Of a stretch of DNA of 64,000 bases, positions 60,300 to 64,000 are shown one piece after another. The position numbers were made by a program, and so were the translations under genes. How positions within the stretch are numbered: position 1 is the stretch's first letter; every line of letters starts with the position of its first letter. The notes below the pieces were generated by a model that saw only the letters and a list, made by a program, of their open reading frames with translations, was not told the DNA's origin and did not search any database. The stretch is from Rhina ancylostomus (Eukaryota): assembly GCA_030265395.1 (NCBI GenBank), contig JARFYF010000057.1:18160408-18224407 (forward strand), read 5' to 3'.

Positions 60300-62620
60300 T
60301 GTTTCTTAGAAAAGGTCCCTAAACACCATATGGTGCAATGAATTACTTCTGAAGTGTGGTCACTGCTGAAACAGATGGGGAGCGGGTAGAACATATTGTG
60401 CACAGCAAGATCCCATCAGCAGCATTGCAATGAGCGGCTAGTGGGATCATATTTCCTTGGTGGTGTTGACTGTGGGGCAAAGGCGAGTGAGGAGGCCAGG
60501 AGAAGTTCTTAGCTCTTTTGGTTATTAGAACCAGCAGATCTCCCGAACTAAGAGGTTCACCGGGACTTATTGTAAGGACGGAATACTGAAAAATACAGAA
60601 ATTCCTTGGTGAGGCAATAAAACTCCTTGGTGCTAAGTGATGACAAATCATGGCTCCTTAAGTCAACTCTCTGCATGGCCCTCTCACCTCTGAAGCAATA
60701 GGCTCTGGGTTCAAGACCCACTCCAGACTCTTGAGAACACAAATCTAGGCTGGTCTCCTCTGCAGTGCCCAGGTAATGCTGCTCAGTTGGATGTACTGTC
60801 TTTCAGATAGGCAGGTCTGTCTGCTCTCTCGTGTAAACATATAAAATCACATGGCACCATTTTGAAGGAAGACAGTGAAATTCATCCATAGAATCATTAA
60901 GCACAAATGGAAACCATTTATCCCCTCAAGTCCATGCTGGCTTTCTATAGAGCAACCAGTCCGTCCCATTCTCCCACTCTATCACCAGAGCCTTGCCAGT
61001 TTATTTTTCTCAGGTAATGTCCATTTTTGTTATCATTAACCATCTCTGCTTCCACCACCCTTGTAGGCTGAGAGTTCCAAGGCATTACCAAGAGGCACAT
61101 AACTAAATTCTTCCTCACACAGCCTCTGTATCTCTTGCATCAAACTTTAAATCTATGTCCCCTAATCGTTGTGCCATTAGCTAATAAGAAGTGCTTTTCT
61201 TTGTCTCTCTTACCTGAGCTTGTCATAACATGGAACAAAAGCTCAATTGAAGCAGATTTCAAAGTCCTTCCTAAAAGAGGCAAGGTGGCAATGTTTGGTG
61301 AGGGACTTGCAGAGTTTACAGTCCTGGAACGCATAGCCACCAATGGTAGAGCAATTAATTTCCAGGAAGGGAAAGGCTAGAATTAGAAGAGCAGTGCTGT
61401 ATTAGAGGCTTGGAGGTTAGAGTTATAACAAAGTCAGGTAGAGAGAAGATCCTGGAAAGATTTGGAAATATGGGTGAAAACTTTAAAATCTTAAAACCAA
61501 GGTCATGCTTTGAGCTGGATCCTGTATTCTGAATATTAGGCTGTGGCATTTCAGGATGCACAATCTGGCACCGGGTAATTAATAATGATAAATGGATTAT
61601 GATTTGGAGCAATATTATAACAAGTAGGCTTCAGTGTTTTCTTTTCTAACAGATTACCTTGTCAGATTTGTTAATTCAGTGTCAACCATTTGACACCCAT
61701 CTGTTGGATGCAATTGAAAAACAAACAACATACCGCAGCCTGACTGAAAGAAACTACACAACAAAAGGTGACTTTGCACATGGCTCAGTTGGTGAAAGGG
61801 CGGGCTATTACAGAACCTGAACTATGTGTGCAACAAGTGAAAGCTGTGGTGACTCAGTTGGAGGTGCCCTTGTCTCTAAGTTGGAAATCAGGGCTTCAAG
61901 CCCTATTCTAGACTGATACTCCATTGCTGCTGTTTGGATAAGACAGGAACTCATCTTGGATTTGTAGGATCCCATAGTACTATTCAAAGAACAGCAGGGC
62001 AGTCCTTCCTGATGTCCTAGTTATCCATCAAATATCATTAAGCAGACTATATTTCCATTTTTATTAGTGGGAGCTTGCTCTGCTGTGTTTCTTATGTTAC
62101 AAGAAGGCCTACACTTCAGAATTGACTTTAATGGTTGTAAACACGCTGAGATTCTGAAACGTGTTACATAAACCTTTCAGTGTGCTCACAGGTTTAAATC
62201 TTAGTCAGTGCATGTTCAACTCAGCTGAGCCCATATTACTAGCTGTTACAAAATGATGACGATGTCTTGGACTTTTTTCTAATTTATTCATTTGCAGATA
62301 TGGACATTGCTGACAATACCAGCGTTTATTGTCCATCCCTAATTGCGCCTGAACTGACGAGGCTGTTAAGGGTCAACTGCTTTGGAGTCACATATAGGCC
62401 AGATCGGATTAATGAACTGGATGGGTTTTTATGACAGTCTGGTAGTTTTATGGTTATCATTACTGAGTCAAGCTTTTTATGGTAGTTCAAGATTTTATTT
62501 AGTTGCTTGAATTCAAATTCCTCAGTTGCTATGGTATCATTTGAACTCATCTCTGGATAAGTGCTCCATAACTCTAAGTGCAAGTCCAGTAACTTAAGCA
62601 CTATAATACCGTAGCCCAGT
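60300..62620. mobile_element. Cluster of Deu-SINE-like copies (~60300-60560 -, ~60670-60880 +, ~61845-62170 +), a CR1 tail (~60890-61220 -) and an L2-tailed SINE (~62270-62620 -)
   Basis: ctgggttcaagacccactccagactcttgagaacacaaatctaggctg matches 395-742; TTIRGHRFKV on the - strand is CR1. Confidence 0.65.
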
Positions 62621-64000
62621 AGACAAGTTTAAAAATAAACAGTCAGGATTTCCATTCTGATGGCAACCCCTGTGTAATGTGTGCAGAAGGTCTATGTGTA
62701 CAAGGTCTTAGGGTGATTCTCTTTGAATCCAACATGAATCGGTACTTCTATTGGCTCAGAACATAAGACCAGACCCTTCACAATGCATTGCATCAAAAGG
62801 ATGGCTGGGCATTTCAAATGGCATTGTGTAGGATGTCAGATATCTACCAGCGTGGTGGTCTTATTTGACACTGTTCTCCTTTTCTATTTCTACTGTTTAC
62901 TGATGGTGTATCTTCATTCAAAGAGCTTTGCTCAAGCAAACACGGAGACCAGCACTGAAATTCGTGCTTTAACTAAGGGTTCGGCATAGATTGGTATGGG
63001 AAATAGGAAGTGGCATATGGTGGCATTGGATCTTTCTTTGAGGTAAGAGTGTTTTATTCAATAAAAAAAATCATATTATCAGCCTGGGAATTAAGACATC
63101 AAGATTAATGATTAAGGGACATGAGTTCAAATGTCATNNNNNNNNNNNNNNNNNNAAAATACTAATTAAGTAATCAGCAATAAAGAAGCTAGTATCAGAA
63201 ATGGTGACCAGGAGACTACAAGACCATCCGAAGAACTTATTGGTTCACCAACCTCCCTTGGGAAAGGAAATCTGCCATTCTTAACTGGTCCAGCCTCTGT
63301 ATGACTCCAAGCACAACAATGTGATTGATTTTTAACTGTTCTTTTGAAATAGCTCAGCAAGCAATGGCAATTAGGGGTGAACAGCATCTGCAAAGTACAG
63401 AGGAACTTTAGAAAGTTATATTTGACCTTGATGCTAGGACAGGGTATCAGAGATGGAAAAAGAGCCAAGAAAAAATACTTGGACTTTTATTTGGACCAGC
63501 AACCCTTTGGTAATGCTACTGGCCAGAAACACAGAGTTTATGAGCTTAAAAAACTAGCAAAGGGGTCTGTGGAATCAGAAAATGACCATTACAGAAACAA
63601 CAGTGTTGTGCAAATACAACTTGCTGGGTAGTGGTCAGAGTCAGAATCAGCCTTGCCACCCTAAGCCTAGTCTGGACTACATGCAGCTCCAGTCCTGCAT
63701 TATGAGCCTCAGCATCTACAGAGCAATAGTTGCCCATATCCTGAGCACAACTCAGATAATATCTTACACAAAGGGAATGCTAGAGGGAGCATAACACGAT
63801 AGAGTTTGAACTGAGTGGAAGAAGGGGAACATATGGAAGACTAAATGTACAGTGAAAGGAAATGAGTTTTCATCAGATCTTTGTAGGTTAGATATGTGGT
63901 ATCCTACAAAGGCAGAAGGACTTGCATGGATTTAATATGCCCTAAAAAAGTGCTCAAATTTAAATTCCTGATGGGGCCTGGGAAAGCAATGTCCTGATGT

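Noticed and set aside
61001-61020. Second AG|GTAATG recursive-site-like motif
   Set aside because: Lies in an antisense CR1 tail only ~3 kb after an exon; likely a chance match.

Overview
Eukaryotic, repeat-rich, gapped genomic DNA. The repeat families (CR1/L2 LINE tails, tRNA-derived HE1/V-SINE-like and Deu-SINE-like elements, Penelope-like elements) point to a cartilaginous fish; this is inferred from recognition, not from a search. The only host coding sequence I can support is three + strand exons (129, 80 and 147 bp; 48957-57881) of a CELF/Bruno-like RNA-binding protein gene, most likely CELF5. They encode RRM2 and the start of the divergent linker, so the rest of the window is probably intronic to that gene. 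The most notable non-genic signals are: (1) over a dozen dispersed Penelope-type terminal repeats, several carrying minimal hammerhead-ribozyme cores (CUGAUGA-stem II-GAAA) and some arranged as inverted pairs; (2) a ~99-bp segment apparently copied from 12 kb upstream into the predicted cleavage site of one hammerhead; (3) a ~4.5-kb ancient, highly degenerate ~50-bp tandem array containing RFX half-site-like motifs; (4) near-perfect fold-back palindromes; (5) candidate enhancer motif clusters. Repeat boundaries are by eye (roughly +/-30 bp) unless stated; exon coordinates are exact.
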